From: Anthoceros angustus
Taxonomy: Eukaryota > Plantae > Anthocerotophyta
DNA: 64,000 nt
Direction: 5' to 3'
Assembly: GCA_010909165.1 (NCBI GenBank)
Contig: MU008159.1
Location: 1,984,001-2,048,000, forward strand
The notes under the pieces are model-generated. The model saw nothing but the letters and a program-made list of their open reading frames with translations. It searched no databases and was not told the DNA's origin. Below, piece after piece: positions 13,446 through 25,480 of the stretch. How positions within the stretch are numbered: the stretch's first letter is position 1; each line of letters begins with the position of its first letter. Position numbers and translations under genes: made by a program.

Positions 13446-13805
13446 TGTCGTTGTAGTCCTGGGATTCGCTCCCAAGGGAATGGTTTGTGCCAAGAGAAGC
13501 TATCTTCTATCACTACCGACCTTTGCCTAAGTCAGGGCTTACCCGCTACCACTTCTCTCACCTATCTACTCAACTACTACTACCTCCCGTCTTGTCCAAC
13601 TACCACGGATCTAACTCCCGACCCTGCTTCCTGCTTCATCACTCATGGTAGTCCGCACCACTACTGGTAGTGGACCACCGAGGTGGGTCCCACACCAAAC
13701 CCTAGCGACTGATTCGGCTCACGGCGCCACGGATCTTGGTACGGCACCCCACCGTAGTCCGGATGTTATTCTACCCCCACGCCATGCCCAGCCCGATTCC
13801 TGACA
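13446..13805 (-). mobile_element. Putative 3' LTR (360 bp) of a Ty3/gypsy-like element oriented on the minus strand
   Basis: Bounded by TGTC...GACA. Its minus-strand 3' end ATTCCCTTGGGAGCGAATCCCAGGACTACAACGACA closely matches the 3' end of the LTR at 19118-19914. A GGGAGG purine tract lies ~15 nt before its 5' end on the minus strand. Confidence 0.6.
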
Positions 13806-16800
13806 CGGGGGATTCCTAGGCCTCCCTACACTCAATCCACACACATGCACACACACACAAGGCGCCACACCACCTTATTTCCTCCAGAAACACCGTTCGC
13901 TGCGCACTTCCTTCGAGACAAAGACTGCGGCCATGATTCTTACACACCACCCGACCATGACCTCTCCACCGTTCTTCTCTTCCTTTCCCACTCACGACCA
14001 CCTCGAGATCACAGATGCAAGACTTAATCTCCTTCCCGATCCGCCTCACTCTCTCTCTCTCTCGACCGCCTTCGTGCATCCACTCACTCACACATGCACT
14101 CAATTTCGACAACCAGCGAGAAAGAAGCGAAGGGAGAAGAGCCTGTGGCCACGGCGCACAGCAAGCCTGCACTCCGCCCCGCCAATCCTTGGTTCCCTCC
14201 CCTTTGTCGCCAAGACGCCTGATCGCCTTTCCTTCTCCAAACATGAGCAAGCTCTCGACCATTCCTAGAGCTGCCCCAAGACACCCGCCTCCGTTAATTG
14301 ACGCTCCAACCAGCCACAGTAGCGTGGGGATCTCAACCGTAAATTATCTGCTGTGAGAGGCATAACCGCCTCTTATACACCGGCCGGGCGCCATGCCCCG
14401 GATTTTAGGTCCTAAGATGGCTATCATGAAGGGACGCGCCACAATTCGGGCGTTCCTAGGTCCAAGAAAAGATCCTAACCAAATTCTATCCTTAGGATGC
14501 TATCACGCTTATCTCCGCGGCCTCGACTTGGCTGGCCGCCTGGCCTTCGTCTCCATTGCCGCCGCCACGAGCCCTCCCGCCACGCGCTAACTGGCTGTGT
14601 TTTCCCACAATACTTCCACCACCCACCGCCGGACGTCCTAATTTGAGGTGTACCGCCTGAGCTTCCGCTGCCTTCCGCTTGCCGCCTATTGCCGAGGATT
14701 ATTACTGCCTCGTCCACCCAAGCTCGGACCTCCTCCTCACTTAACTCCTCCAAAGTCGCCTCGCATAATAGGGGCCAACCCCACACTCGGGTGGTAGAAG
14801 TATGCACTTGAGTCCTCACTTGGTGAGGTAGGCCCCGATCCTCCTATTTCCACACGCACATGGACAAAGGAAGAAGCACGATTCCCCATTCACATATAGA
14901 CCAGAACATAAGTTTCCTCATCCATGGGCCGCAACATAATAGGACCTCCTGTCAGAAATGAGGTGCTTACCCTCCTCCCGTGAGGCTACACCGTTGCTCG
15001 GTCCATGACCTCGCGGGGTGCCGCTGGCATCCTCGCCGCCTCCGCCTTGGCCGCTCCAGTTGGGCTCGCAAATGCCGGTAGTTCCTTCCACTACCGCTGG
15101 GTGGTGGACTCCACGACTGCCACTGCTCAAAGAACCTCGGTAGGTGTTTTCGGCCACGCGATTGTCCGCCTTCTAGTTCCTTCCACTACCCCCTTGGCCG
15201 TGGTCCCGCTTGGCCTCTTCCTCATCCTTTCTCGGCTCGCCACGTGCCTCATCCATCCGTTTATACGCCATTGCTTATGGGCCTTCTCCACGAGGCCGCC
15301 TGCTCCCGGGCTCGCAACAACCCTCGCATCCCCCGGGTTCGGCTCCTGTGCATCCCAATTTGAGCCATGAGCCTCGCCGACTCGACATGGCCTGCAATCT
15401 CTCCTTCCCGATCTGCTCTCACTCCTCTCTCTCTCTCTCGATTCGCCCTTGCATCACTCACTCACTCACACCCTCAATTTGAACACAACTAGCGAGAAGC
15501 GAAGGAGAAGAGCCCAGGCGTCTGGCCGAGGCGTTACGAGCAAGCTCCGGACCCGCCAATCCTTGGTTCCCTCCCCTTTGTCGGCCAAAAGGCGCCCGAT
15601 CCTTTCCTCCTCCGGTAGCAAGCTCTCGACCATTCCTAGGGCGTCTCGCACACCCGCCTCCGTTAATTGGGCGTCTCCAACCAGCCACGAGCGGCGTGGG
15701 GATCTCAACAAATTCTGCTGTGAGAGGCATAATTCGCCCCTCTTATACCGTTTGGGCGCCATGCCCAGTTTTTAGGTCCTAAGATGGCTATCATGAAGGG
15801 CCGCCCACAATTCGGGCGTTCCTAGGTCGGTCGACATCCTAACCAAATTCTATCCTTAGGATCACTATCATGTCTGCGCCCTCCCTCGACTTGGCGCTGG
15901 CCCCTTCCTCCTCCATTACGCCGCCACGAGCCCTCCCTGCGCCCGCTAATCAGCGGGTTTTCCCACAATACTTCCACCTCATCACTGGGCGTCCTAATTT
16001 GAGGTGTACCGCCTGAGCTTCCGCGTCTTCGCTTGCCGCCTATTCTTGAGGATTATTACGGTTCCTCGTCCACCCAAGCTGGACCTCCTCCTCACTTAAC
16101 TCCTCCAAAGTCGCCTCGCATAATAGGGGCCAACCCCACACTCGGGCGCGATGGTAGAAGTATGCACTTGAGTCCTCACTTGCGAGGTAGGCCACGATCC
16201 CTCCTATTTCCACACGCACATGGGCGGTGAAGTTAAGCACGCGTTCCCCATTCACATATAGACCGGGAACATAAGTTTCCTCATCCATGGGCCGCAACAT
16301 AATAGGACCTCCTCACTTGGTGAGGTGCTTACCCTCCTCCGTAGGCTACACACAGTTGCACGGTCCATGACCTCATGGTGCAGCGTCGCATCCTGCCGCT
16401 CGCTCTTGGCCGTTGAGTTGGGCTCGCCAATGCCGGTGGACTTCCACTCTGTGGTGGTGGACTCCGGCGTCGTCATTGCAACCACAGTAGGTGAGGTGTT
16501 TGACTACCTCGATTCTTGCTTCCTTTCCTTCGGTAGTTCCTTCCACTACCCCGTGGTGCCTGCTTCCCTTCCCTTATCCTTTACCGCCCGTGCCTCATCC
16601 TCCGTTTATGCGTTCCGACATGGGCCTTCTCCGAGGCCGCCTCCTCCTCCCCAGGCTCCTGACTCCCATCTCCACACGTCTCGTGGGCATCCTTAATTTG
16701 AGCCATGGCGCTTCCTGTGACTCGACATGGCCTGCCAACTTCTCCACAGGCCTGCACAACTCCTCTTGAATCTTGGCCCTTATTTTTAGGGCCCGCTTGT

Positions 16801-16900
16801 CTTCCTCCAAGCAGGCGCTTGGCCTCCTTCACAAACCCGGCCTTCACCACTTCCTCCCGTCGCCTCTTGCACATTGAGCTACTGAGAGCCAAGGCCGCTG
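13806..16900 (-). mobile_element. Degenerate internal region of the minus-strand LTR element, containing a ~1.37 kb tandem duplication (about 14030-15400 / 15400-16730)
   Basis: TTTTAGGTCCTAAGATGGCTATCATGAAGGG occurs at ~14403 and ~15770 (period 1367). Both copies encode RVWGWPLLCEATLEELSEEEV on the minus strand, and TATAAGAGG lies on the minus strand in both. The right boundary is approximate. Confidence 0.55.
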
Positions 16901-16979
16901 ATCTAACAAATCATGCTGGTTATGGCGGTTCCAGGCTCAAAGCGCCAGCCAACAACAACGACTGAACAGCCTCGCGTGA

Positions 16980-19117
16980 CTTCAAGTGAACTGAAGAGGC
17001 GGAAGACGGCGCCTACCAACGCTAGGCACCCTGTGACGCCTGTCTTGCCTCCGCCAATGTAACGGCAAGAAGCGGAGGAGGGCAGTACGAAGGGCTGGAA
17101 GGACGCCGCCTCTGAGCCGGGAAGCAATAAGAATCCCACCCGGAGCCTGTCTGTCCCCACCGAGAAAAGGGCCGCTCCGGACCTTCACCACCTCCGAGCC
17201 GTGAGGAGAAGGCGGAGGAGTTAGCGGCCAAGAGGGCCAAGGAAGGCGAGCATCACAAGACTCAGACCGAGGGTCCTGATTAGGTCCGGAGAGCCCAATC
17301 CGACTCGCCCGGACTGACAAGGCGGTCCTGACGGACTGTGAGATGCCCGCTACCACAAGTGACTTCACAGGCATCTTCCCCCGGCCTGGAAGAAACGCAC
17401 AGGGTTTTAGCTACTGGCCACATGTATGCTTGGGGGGTCTCATGAATAGCTGAGAAGACCCAAGAAGTGAGGCCACCCGGCGGAGGATGGTGGAACTCTG
17501 GGCGCTTAGAGGCGGCCCAGAGGCGGAAGAAGAAGGCGGAGTCCCTCGCCTCAATCGAGGAGGAAACGCCGAGAGGCGGAGCAAGAGGTCCGGACGAAGA
17601 TGACCAAGGTCCTCACCGTATGAAGGCGGCGCAGGAGGCCCAAGCACGGCTGAAGACCGCAAACGGAGGAGGAAGCGCAGAAGGCGGAGGAAGGTCGAGG
17701 CAAAGCGGAGAACGCCGCGACCGCCGAGGCGGCTCGGCTGGACCAACACCAAGCCGCCGAGGCTTAGGTGAAGGCGGCGCGGAGGTGGAAGCCGCTAAGG
17801 TCGATCGATCACTACCGACGTGATCGAACCGGTGGAGGGAGACGGCTAGCCACAACTCCAAGGCCGAACAGTGGCTGAGCACTACAGCCGTGAAGGAGAA
17901 ATGGAGGCCAGCACCGGGAAATAGGGGACCGGCACGCAGAAGCGAGGAGCGCGACAAGAGCCGGAAGGCACAAGGACACCTGAGCCGCAACTCCAAGACG
18001 CTTGAGCAACACGGGATTCTCAACGGAGAATCAAAGACTTGAGAGATCGAGCGCCTCGCCCGCTTGAGGACGGAGGGAGAGTAGGCGCGATCCAAGGAGT
18101 TGACGTGTCAAGAAGGAGCCGAGGAGCTGTGAGCGGAGATACCGCCCGCCTGGAGAAGGAAGTGGCGGACCTCCGCAAGGATGGACGGAGGGGCGAGGCT
18201 CTAGAGGAGGAGCAGAGGTCGCTTGTCCGATTGCAAGGCAGAGGGATAAAGCTCCATGGCCAAACTGTGGAGCTACAACGACGAAGGGAGGAGGAGCATC
18301 GCCGGTGAAAGGCTGCAGGAGGTGTTTCGAGGCCGCTTGGCATCAAGGAGTCTCGCCGGCAGCCTGGCGGCGGAGACGATCTCAGCCGGACAACACGCCC
18401 AACCGCCGAGCACCTGAGGAGGGAGTACCGTGCTGGGCCCATGTGGAGGAGGCACCAACAAGTCGACGAGACTTTGCCTACTACCACGCAGAAGCTCCTC
18501 AAGGCCTGAGGTCTTGCGCACCGCAGTGGACTGACTGCACGGTCGAAGGAGGAGCGAGGGAGGAAGGCCCCGGAGACGGCAAACGGGGACCTTAGGAGCG
18601 CTGTTTGACGACGATAGTGCAGCAAGTAGGGAGAAGGCGGAGGAGGACGCAAGGAAGGGTCATACCGAGGTAAGCACTCCGCACCTCACCACGGAAGGAA
18701 GGGAGGAGGGCCCTGAGGAGGCCGTAGAAGGGGCGGGTCCGGGAAACCTGGACCCACGGGAGGGCTCAGTGGGTGAACCATAGTGAAGTCGGCGAGGAGG
18801 AGGTCCGGACTCAGAGGTCCGGACTTTGTCCGGACTCAGAGGTCCGGACCCGAGGTCCGGACTCAAGAAAGTCCGGACCAGAGGTCTAGACTCTAGTGAC
18901 GGACCACAGGTCCGGACCCCGAAGAAGACCGGACTCAGAGGTCCGGGACTGGGAGGAAGACTGACCCTGAGGTCCGGACTCAGTCGAGACCGGACCCCGA
19001 GGTCCGCACTCGGGGAGCGGAAGGAGTCACCAATCACCACAGCAGACCATCTCTTAGGCCCAGGCAAGGCCCGGGTGAGACAAGAGAGGATGGGGAGGAG
19101 GACTTAGTGGTGGCCGT
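16980..19117 (+). mobile_element. 3' internal region of a Ty3/gypsy (Tat-like) element with a frameshifted coiled-coil extra ORF
   Basis: E/R/K/A-rich frameshifted ORF pieces at 17470-18780 (TARLEKEVADLRKDGRRGEALEEEQRSLVRLQ) are followed by a tandem repeat and a purine tract AGAGAGGATGGGGAGGAGGA at ~19084-19102 just before the LTR. This layout is typical of the 3' region of Tat-clade elements. No RT/INT motif was seen, and the left boundary is approximate. Confidence 0.5.
18800..19015 (+). repeat. Degenerate tandem repeat of GAGGTCCGGAC(T/C)C(A) units
   Basis: About a dozen GTCCGGAC-like cores spaced 9-25 nt apart. Confidence 0.9.
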
Positions 19118-19914
19118 TGTCGAGCCGCCCGTAGCTCGGCTGAGTCTCGGGAGGTAGGGCCCGCCTGATCATCCGATTGGGGCACCGCAGCTGTCGATTA
19201 GGCTTGGGCCGCCGGGCGGAACTGGGAGCAATCCAGCCAAGGCGCATAGATAGGCGGAATAAGGGAGATAGTAGGCGGCCAGGGCCCACCGAATGGCCAC
19301 CATTTCGAATAGGAGTGTAATAAAGATGCCGACCTTGATGAGTATAAGAGAAATGAGGTCGCTCTAGTAAAGTATCTTTCTCTTGGTGTTGATGCTGCGT
19401 TTTCTTGCGAGGCCCTTGTCTTCTTGCTAGCGTGAGTCCCGAGTCAGCGGCACGGCCCGGAGGCGATCAAGGTCACGGACCCTAACGTGTGGTGGTGTGT
19501 GCGGAAAGCGATCGGGGACCCTTGCTCGTCCGGCAGCCCGGCGGGGCCGGGCCGGGCGTGAGCCGGAGGAACTCGGGAGGTGTAGAGCCGGACGGAGAGG
19601 CCTGGCAGAGCGACGGAGGAGGTCCGGACCGCGCAGCTACCCGCGTTTTTCCCCAAGGACGATGAGTGTAGTGAGAGTGGTGAGAGGGACGGACTAGAGG
19701 AACGAGTGACGAACTTGAATGATACGGACGCGAATGGGTCCTTAAACATTTGGCCACGCCGAGCCTGTTCGGTGAACGTTTTGGGTAGTTAGGCGTAAAA
19801 CGATGAATGTGTGTGTTGAGTCTCAAACGGTCACTGCGTGAGGTGAGGAACGATTGGAACGTGGCAAACGGAGCCTATCATTCTCTTGGGAACGGACCCC
19901 TTACTACAACGACA
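19118..19914 (+). mobile_element. Putative LTR (797 bp)
   Basis: Perfect TGTCG...CGACA termini, a TATAAG at 19343, and a preceding purine tract. Its 3' end matches the LTR at 13446-13805 in the opposite orientation. Confidence 0.7.
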
Positions 19915-21501
19915 CGGGATTGTGCGCGCCCGGCTGGCCGTCGGCGAAAGTCGCGCCACACTTGCTGATAAAGAAGGAGCAAGAGCACGTGAGGGAGCTG
20001 CATCTGCTGCTAACAATCCATGGCAAAAGTCACCAAAGGCATTCACATGATGCCACTGATCAAAACGGATTTGAGCAATATCTTGAAACAACTCCAGGTC
20101 CAGACTTTGGCCTGCTAGTCATGTCCACCAAGGGTGCATCACTTTGGAGACGGTTGTCAGATCTGGAACCATACGCATAGCAATACCTTATGTATTGTTT
20201 TGGTGTGGTTGGTGACAGGACATTATACTTACGTGCCTCTGCCCTGGACCGCGTGCAGCTTCACTAGCTCGTTGGAAAATTGGATTTTGCTCCTCACCAC
20301 AAGAAGTCTCAAACCCTTTCCCATGGAATGTAAGCGCCTTCACCTCTACAATTTTACGAACTACATGTATGGTGTCCAGCCATTCCAAGCCACTTCTGCT
20401 GAAAATGCACGGTGGAGTTTGGATCTCATAAGGAAACCTTGCCATCTAGGTAGGTAGCATAACACCCGACGTCAAAATGCTTAACCGGCCCCGAGATTAG
20501 GCTAATTAAATGATCTCTTCAAGCAATCACAACTCGTGAATCACGAGGAACCGAAACTTACACTTTCTTGTGAGATGAACTACAAGCCCCCACACCTAAT
20601 CAATCCATCGCAGCACTTCCGTCGACGCCTCCCGCGCCTACAAGGACCATCATACCACTTCCCATAGCGTGATCAGCAACGCACATTGCTAGCTTGGTGT
20701 GACACACTCGAGTAATTGAGCGGGGAAGGTCCGGAGGCTTTCATTAGTGTTTTGAAACCAAAGCGTTTTGCCCGCCCGTTTTCATTTTCCTAGAATAACT
20801 ATGCCCTGGCACAACTTAGGGACGGAGTTTGGCGGAACGGGCGTCCAAACGGTCGCCGCAAGCTGTTGCCGTCCAACGGTAACGCGTGCGGGATGGTGTG
20901 GACATGCGCAGTGGGTGCGAGTGGCATGGCCCCATGACATATGGGATGCCGAAGGCAAAACCATTTGCGCCGGCCTCGTGTTATGTGCCTCATTACTTCG
21001 TGTGTACCAATAGCTCCTGCGGCAAATGGCTAGTCGCAGATCTCTGAAATGTACAATCATTCAGTTGCGCCCATCCAGTTGCGCCCATCCAGTTGCGCCC
21101 TGTCTGTCAGAGATCAGAGTGTGGGATGTGCACAAATCGTAGCCAGAAAAACAACGGCTCGATCACGCGCAACGTGGGAGAGCAGATTGCAGCCAATGAA
21201 TTGCTGCTTTTATAAATCCGGTCCAGACCGCATGAGCCAAGCATTCGTCTGCCGCGTGCTTCCTTCGCGTCTGGGAGGCGAACTCTGGTCAATCAGCAAC
21301 CCGACACCGGGCCACGGAGACCATTTTCTAGCTAGTCGACTTTCATCTCGTTAAATGACCCTGGGGAATCACCTTGTCCACGAGCCAAAACTCTGCAGTC
21401 GTACAGACCGAATAGCTCGACGCTTCGATGTGGCGACCACTACTCCATCCAGGCGGCAATGTCAATGCTCCAGCAGGTTGTGGGTGGAGACCCGAGCAAC
21501 A

Positions 21502-23989
21502 TCAGCGCGTTGTTACTTTCCGCTTTACTTTCCTCCTACCAGGTTGAGCTGGCCGCAGAGGTTGACCTAATGAGGGTTGCCCGGATGCTGCTTGACCTGG
21601 GGAAGCTGGATCTAATGACGATTGGCCTGTTTCCGTACTTTCCTTAAGTCTGCTTTGCTCTTTCTTGTCACCAAACAGATCTGAAATGAATCCTGCATTG
21701 GGTATGACCCAACCCCCGAGGGATTTTCCTCCCAGAGATGGTCTATGATAAGCCTTCTGCTGACCCTCAAGCTGTACAGCAGGAGCAACATCCATGCCAA
21801 GCCAGCTTACTCGAGATGAATCCCCAACGTAGATATTCAGAAGCCTGGAATATATCATAAATAAGAAATGTGAGAAAAAAAACCAGAACATCGAAAATGC
21901 GAAACCTTCAACGGAACAGGAACAGCATAATCATACCTCAAAAGTGAGCTGAATGCGATCACCACACCGACACTATTGAAACTCTGCTGCATAGCTCTCT
22001 CTGCTCCGTAAACAAGTTGGTACCGTAGGTTGCCAGAGAGCCCCAAAAAGGCTCCATAAGCCAGAGCACTCGTGCTAGCCGATGGTCTTGGGACAGATGG
22101 CCTGCAAATGTCAAATGCGTTCGTTTATGAGTAACAAGATTGTAAATCACCAGCTGGTAAAAACTTTGCCCAGGGTGCTTACTTCTCCGTCCGCTTGCTG
22201 ATGACATCTTTAACCCTTGAAAGGCCAGCCCCAACAGTTCCAGAGACCGTACCCACAAGGCTCAATTCCGCAGCTTTGTAGAAGAAGCTGTATACTCTCT
22301 TTCGCGTATCAAACTCGCGTAGAGGATAGCTTCTATCAAAGACATTGTTTGGCAGCTTCTGGATTGCATTTTGAAATTCATACTTGAATGTGTTCCCATA
22401 TGACCGGCTGGGTGCAAGTGTCCAGCAGATAGCTATGTTACAGACAGCCATTGTGAGAACATTGACAGCTGCTAGATCCCATTCCTCCTTTACCCTGGTG
22501 AACAATATCTGAATAAGAAGTCGAGTACAAATACAAACCTTGCTCAATAGTGGTAGCACAAAGGAAACCAAATCAGCCGGCTGCAAGAATTTCCACAGCT
22601 AACCTTTCTCCTCGGTGCTGGATTTCCCACCAGACGCCATAGCCAATAGTAGCAGCCTGTTCAAGAACCAATTTGACCATGAATGATGGATCTGCAATTA
22701 AACTGCAACAAAGTCACAGTGATTTTAGTCTCAAATACTTGCACTTTGCATTCCGTTGTAGCATTCACAGTCAGGCAAGAAGGTTCAAGACCCCTGACAC
22801 ACTCCCAGAGATGCAAGGGGTTTATGATTCCATGGCAGCTCCAAAACCAGAACACCGAGTTCCACACTCACCGGCCAATAAAAGCCCTCGATATTGACGC
22901 TGGTGTAAGCCGTGACACTGTCCTGGCCAGCGTGGGCCGTGAATTAATAGCCAAAAACCTGACCATCTGTGCCGAACTGATCAAACCCTGTTAATCATGG
23001 CAGAATTAAGTAGCTGATATGGTGGCAACGAAACTCAAAAGTATGGCCCAATCTGAAATAACACTAACCAGCTCCACAGCTTGACAAATTCCTGCTGGCA
23101 TGTCGCTGGCTGTCCTGAACCATTCTTGAAGCACAGCCTCCACCACCTTCCGATCAAACAACTGCCATTCACAACCCCAAGCTTCGATCAAACATAACGT
23201 TCCACTACAAAGAAGCCAGAAGAGAACTGACAAGCTAAGCCCACATATCATTGTCCCATTACACACCCAACGTAAAGCTCCTCAGAACCAGTCAGGGAGG
23301 ATAAAAATCCACCATCCACCGCACCTGGAAAACCAGAGGTAGGAATCGTAAAACCCTGGCAAACCCACAAAGCCCACCTCGGGAACAGCAACCCGCCTGC
23401 CGAAGATGCCACCGTCGTCGCCATCATCTCCATCATCAGCCTCCCCAAAATAGTCATCATCATCCCCCCCATCGTCTCCCCCGTCTCCCCCGCCATGATG
23501 ATTGTTCTTCCCAATATCGCCCCCACCACCACCATCCTCCGTCTGCAACCAAAATGCGCATTATCAGCAGGCAATCCATGCCGAAACTCCGACTCCGCAC
23601 ACACTCAAAAGCTCGTGTGCATACCAGCGGCTGCGACTTGGCCGTGGACGGCGACATGTCCAACTTGGCCTTCTCCAGGGTGGCTCCCCCAAAAGCCCCA
23701 TACTTGCTCTTCATCACCGGCACGACGGAGGAATTAACGAGCACGGCATTCACAATCCCAAGCAGCTCGCTGCCGCAAGCGCTGTCAGAAAAGCAATCGA
23801 GCCGCAACAAGCAGCCATGCCTGCCGCCATCGCGCCACCTCTCTAACGTCAAATGAGTGCTCCTCGTACGCCCCACCGGCCGAACCGCAAAGCACACCGG
23901 CGCCCTGGATCCCGACGTGGACGCGGACGACGCGGCAGCAAGCCTGGACAACTGTCCACCGGCCGGGAGGCGGCAGCCGCTTGCGCCAT
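21502..23989 (-). CDS. Plastid DUF3411 / RETICULATA-related family protein (At5g24690-type), multi-exon
   Basis: Exon translations FGGATLEKAKLD, GGGGDIGKNNHHGGGDGGDDGGDDDDYF, LFDRKVVEAVLQEW, GLVSSAQMVRFLAINSRP, EEWDLAAVNVLT, PSRSYGNTFKYEFQNAIQKLPNN..SYPLREFD, GAFLGLSGNLRYQL match the family as I recall it. Introns are GT-AG and the stop TGA is at 21502-21504. The first exon and start (ATG 23989) are uncertain. Confidence 0.9.
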
Positions 23990-24359
23990 GGCTGCCGGGA
24001 GGGAGCTGCAGCAACAACCTCGTCCGCACCCAAGCTGGTCACAAAGAGGACTTTCTCCAATAAGCTGCTGCTCAATTCCTCGCCCCTGCGTTGTGCCTTG
24101 CAGATACGTAAATTTGCGGCCTCGTCCGGAGACCCAGCAGGCTCGCCGGTGTTTTTAAGGTTACAGGAGTAACTGTGGAAATAAAGTAGAAAAATAAAAA
24201 GTTAAGAAAACTTAATTGATAGCTGCCTTTTAAGAAAAGATGCATGTGTTACATGCTTATATAATCTACTATTAGAAGGAATTGCTGCAGCCACTAATGA
24301 AAGTTGCCTAGAGAGGATTTTTAGTGATCAGTGGTCTACAAGAATTCCTTGAGTTAGTA

Positions 24360-25480
24360 GCTGCCTAGTTAAAGGGAGGGAGGGAGCTCAGTTGCTCCTC
24401 TCCACCTCGACCCCTGGGTCCCCTATGGTTGTTCCCTCCTGGATGGGCTCTTCCCATCGTTTTTTCACCTCAATATAAAACCTCGTTAAAGCGAACTTGT
24501 GGGATATATAAGGGCAAGAGCAAGGACTTTGAGTATGGAACATTCAATTCATTGTACGCTACAAGCCTTGTGTTGAGAGAGCTGTGGAGAGCCTAGTTAA
24601 TGAGCTTGTCATTGAGTCAAGGGCAGTAGTCAGTTGGGCGTAGATAGCCAGACTCAAGTGTGTATTTCTATTAATAAAGAGCAGCACCTCAAGAAGGTGA
24701 TCTGCGATTCGTTAGTTGACTTAGAGCCTAGTGCTACGTCGTGAGGTTGAGAGCGCTGAGAGTTGTGGAAGTCTCTACGTGGAGTGAATTGTCAAGGTCC
24801 TAGACCGCTGGGAAGACAGCACTTGCTACTTCCTTACTGGCTACATAGTGAGGGGCGCTACTTTGTAGTATCAGAGCGTGGTCCATTCCTCCGAGTGACT
24901 AGAGAGTGCACAAGATGGTCAATGAGAAGCACAAGAAGATGCTCAAGAAGCATCTTGTCGATCATCTGCCTCAACTGCCTGAAGATTCTTCATCTTCAGA
25001 AGAAGACGAGGAGCATAACAAGGAGAAGTCGCTGCCTAAACATACTGGGGGGCCATTTGGAGATAAATCAGAGGATTGGAAGAAGCAAATGGTAGAAGCC
25101 CTTTATCAAGTTCTGCCATGAGTCTCAGAAGATTTGAGGATTTCCAGGAAAAAGGCGAAGCAAAATCCAGAACCCACAGCTCAATAAGACGAAGTTGCGA
25201 AAGAACAAAATACAAAGATCTATCTAGCGAATGCAGCAAGCGTCTTCGTAGTGCCACCCAAGTCAAGCATGAAACTTGGTCTACCAGATAAGTATGAGGG
25301 AGAAAGAGATCCTCAAGTATTGATTCTTGGACGCCACCTCTACATAGGTCATCATTAACCGTCCAAGTTGGGCAGCAGCTGCGATGCAAGCAAGCCACCT
25401 CGTCAGTCCGCTCCCCCTGAAAATATATGTGGTGATGGTCAAGGACTTTAATAGAATTTTTCAAGTCCTTCACCAAACCT
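24360..25480 (+). mobile_element. Truncated LTR retrotransposon: LTR end, PBS and gag fragment
   Basis: GAGGGGCGCTAC (LTR-end-like) is followed by TAGTATCAGAGC at 24866-24877, one mismatch from the tRNA-iMet PBS TGGTATCAGAGC. Downstream is MKLGLPDKYEGERDPQVL(D)SW at 25269-25330, a typical Ty3/gypsy gag entry motif with a frameshift. The left boundary is approximate. Confidence 0.65.

Noticed and set aside
20040-20445. GVVSRYCSNP (copia RT-like) and a possible spliced minus-strand exon (SGLEWLDTIH...)
   Set aside because: Flanking copia motifs are absent and no coherent multi-exon frame could be built.
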